Part shown: piece after piece, positions 61,206 to 64,000 of the stretch
How positions within the stretch are numbered: position 1 is the first letter of the stretch
How the letters are laid out: every line of letters begins with the position of its first letter
Assembly (NCBI GenBank): GCA_964247055.1
Contig: OZ176057.1
Span: forward strand, 1,860,001-1,924,000
Direction of reading: 5' to 3'
Source: Paragordius varius
Taxonomy: Eukaryota > Animalia > Nematomorpha
Length of the DNA stretch: 64,000 nt
Translations under genes and position numbers: made by a program
The notes under the pieces: model-generated
The model's database searches: none
What the model was told of the DNA's origin: nothing
What the model saw: only the letters and a program-made list of their open reading frames with translations

Positions 61206-64000
61206 CAGGGGTGTCCAACAGGGTACTCGCGAGCCACTAGTGGCTCATTAAAAATTTAGAGTGGCTCTTAGAAAATGTTGAAAAAAAAATTTTTAAAAAA
61301 AAAATAATTTCCAATTTTTAAAATTTTTTTTATGTAAATTATGCATTTTTACTTTGACATTTAAATTATTTTTAGAAACTTTTAATATTCAATATTATAA
61401 ATATCTATCATCGCATTCATTTATTCTTTTAAAAAACACATTTATTCCTTCATGTTATTTCCAGCTTAAAGATGAAAACTTTTACATTAAATTAAAACAT
61501 TAAATTATTAGCGAAAAATAGGTATTTAAAATAATTTATTTAGCTTTCATACCAATATTGGGAATTATAATTTGGGTCCATTGAAACATTAAATTACTTG
61601 CAAAAAAATTAAAAAAGTAACTAGAAAATACAATATCGACTGGGAATTATATGGGTTTACTTAAATTTTCAACAAAGCGGATGCCTTATTTGCAAATTTA
61701 CGACAAAGGGGTTTCGCGAATATAATTAAAAAAGACATGCCAATACCATGCATTTGAATTTTATTAATATGACTACAGAAATGAAAATAATAAAATTAGA
61801 ATCTTTAAAAAATATTAATAATCTCCAATCAACAATTTGATTCACGCAACCTTATCCCATAGTAAAGGCAAGTTATATTAAATGCCAATTTACTCGCCAA
61901 AAAAAATGAAGCCTTATTCTGATGGTGAGTTTGTAAAGAAATGCGTGGAAATTATAAAATGTGTTTTGCCTAATAAAGTTGAATTTATATCCAGTATAAG
62001 TCTTTCGCTCAATACTATGTGTCGACGAATTACCAACATCGCAGAAGAAATTCAACTTTCACTAAAAGAAAAAATTCAAAATTTTGTGGGGTCCTTGTCA
62101 TTTGATGAAAGCACAGATATAAGCAACATATCACAATTGGTAGTCTTTATTCGAGAGATAGGTGAATTTTTTGATATAACAGAAGATATTTTAGGCTTAC
62201 TTCCGACGAAAAATACAACTAAGGGAGATGATATGTTTCATGCAATTTTAAATGTATTGAGGACAATAAATTAAATATGAGGCGCTTCTTGTTTGATAAC
62301 AGATGGTGCCCCAGCTATGATGGGAAAAACAAGGGAACCGTGAAATTATTTTTAAATAAGATGGAATCCGATGGTATTAATATTGACCTATATACATAAT
62401 GCATTGCATAATTCACCGTGAAAATCTCTGCGCACATGCTCTGACAATGGACAATGTTATGACCGTTGTTATTAAAGTAGTTAATTATAAAATCTCAAGT
62501 TTTGAAGCATAGGCAGTTAAGGAGTTATTAAAAGAAATTCATTCAGAATGAGATCTTATATTTTTTTCAAATGTAAGGTGACTTAGTCGAGGGAAATGTC
62601 TAAAAAGGTGTTATTATTTATTAAAAGGAACAAATATTTTTCTATTGCAGAATAATTATGTGGTAGAGGAATTAACCAATGAAGATTGGTTGTCAGATTT
62701 ATGCTTTTCCGTAGGTATTACCGAAAAACTAAATCAATTAAATAAATCCTTGCAAAAGCAAGATAATTTAATTGTTAATGCCAATAACCATATTAAAGCG
62801 TTTTGTAAAAAATTAACGTTATTTTAAAAAAATAATGCTGAAAATTTTCCAGAATCGAATGGATTTAAAGCTGGTAAAACTAACAATTTAAAAAATGCAG
62901 ATCAAATTAACAATAATAGATACGGGGATATGACAAAATATGAAAAAATATTTAATTTATTTTGTTGTCTATTCTACGTTGAACTATCAACGCTCCTATT
63001 AATTTACAAATGGAATTACTAGATTTGCAATCCAATAATGAATTGAAATTATTATTTGGGCAAAAAAATGAATTTTGTAAAAAATATTTAACGAATTTTT
63101 GCACAAAGATTACTTTGTGCTTTTGGGTCCACTTATCTTTGTGAAAGTTTTTTTTCTAAAATGAAATACACAAAATCTCTTTCACGTTCTAACTGATGAA
63201 AACTTGGAGAATGAATGTGCTGTATCAAATATTAATATAGATCTGATTAAATTAAGCATAAAAGAAATAAATATTTTTCATTGCATAATTAAATTTTTAA
63301 TGGGATATTTGTTTTGTAATTTTTTATTAAAAAAACTTAATTAGACATTTTCCTCGACAACAATCATGTGCACAAAGATTTTTATGGTGTCATTGCATTA
63401 TAAATATCTGATCATATTTAGGGCATCGGTTTCCATCTTACTCTTGTTTTATCCCATAGTGGATGGGCACCAATCTTTATCAAACAAGACACGCTCATAT
63501 TTAACTTAATACATTTTAAATTGATGATTATCATCTCCCTTTAAGAAGGCATTTCTTTTGGAGAGACTATCAATTGAGGATACTAATATATGTGCTTTTA
63601 TGTACTTTCTTTTAGGTCAGGTCCATTGCATGATTTATCGTGATCTGTATCGCGCGAAATACTTAAAACACATTTTATAATTTCATGTACGCACCTCATC
63701 ATAAACTCGCTCTCTGATAAATAAAGTTACATTTTGGCGATTAAATTCGCCACAGTCTACTCTAGTCATTTGCAATAAGTTTATACCATATCCATGTATA
63801 TCTTTTATTTACACAATGATATAATTTAATTATCAAAGCATTATCATATTTATACTGTTTTTCTTTTTGATATGAAAATTAGCCCATCTGTATCTTAATA
63901 TAATAAATTTATTTATTACCAATGTCTTGATATATATAAATAAAAAGCTCTTTGGAATTTTAAGGACGAAAAGGTGGCTTTTCAAGCCATTTGTGTTGGA
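61206..64000 (+). mobile_element. hAT DNA transposon (Buster/SPIN/GTF2IRD2-like), right end probably just outside the window
   Basis: Left end CAGGGGTGTCCAAC at 61,206, subterminal palindrome GAGCCACTAGTGGCTC at 61,231-61,246, decayed transposase, and a window end (gtggct...tgttgga) matching the start of the expected right TIR. Confidence 0.8.
61600..63260 (+). pseudogene. hAT transposase pseudogene
   Basis: CLIC near 61,680; KPYSDGEFVKKC and SLSFDESTDISNISQLVVFIR (ORF 61,882-62,274); TDGAPAM near 62,300; CIIHRENLC near 62,400; RWLSRGKCL near 62,580; WLSDLCF (ORF 62,645-62,827); FGSTYLCESFFSKMK dimerisation domain near 63,120. Multiple frameshifts and stops. Confidence 0.9.

Noticed and set aside
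61206-61250. Origin of the satellite from the hAT end (cagggg, ggtact, ccact and gtggct shared)
   Set aside because: Matches are 5-6-nt words in a different order and spacing, as expected by chance.
58249-62055. ORFs 58,249-58,494 (-), 60,405-60,656 (-) and 61,873-62,055 (-)
   Set aside because: Low-complexity or antisense frames overlapping TE remnants, with no recognisable motifs.
63341-63356. ttagacattttcctcg as a degenerate right TIR of the hAT element
   Set aside because: Several mismatches and no 8-bp TSD after it. The window-end match is the better candidate.

Overview
AT-rich eukaryotic (probably invertebrate animal) heterochromatin; no host gene was found and the species cannot be identified from the sequence. 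Positions 1 to about 57,670 are one head-to-tail satellite array of roughly 580 monomers, open at the left window edge. It has two interleaved subfamilies: a homogeneous 94-bp type with two discrete cassette states (A and B), and a more diverged type of about 92 bp (C) arranged in local higher-order repeats. A full-length 3,410-bp RTE-clade non-LTR retrotransposon sits on the minus strand inside the array (52,351-55,760). It has a 13-bp target-site duplication, a (TAA)n tail, a disrupted endonuclease half and an open 558-aa RT half. The array decays towards its right edge and abuts a dead Ty3/gypsy pol, which is itself interrupted by an LTR-PBS-gag piece. A dead Buster/GTF2IRD2-type hAT DNA transposon runs to the window end. 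The short ORFs inside the satellite are repeat artefacts. I cannot establish a new biological system here. The strongest leads are the invariant monomer core with a switchable cassette, a 51-bp template-switch inversion hairpin, and the lopsided decay of the RTE element. All alignments and counts were done by eye.
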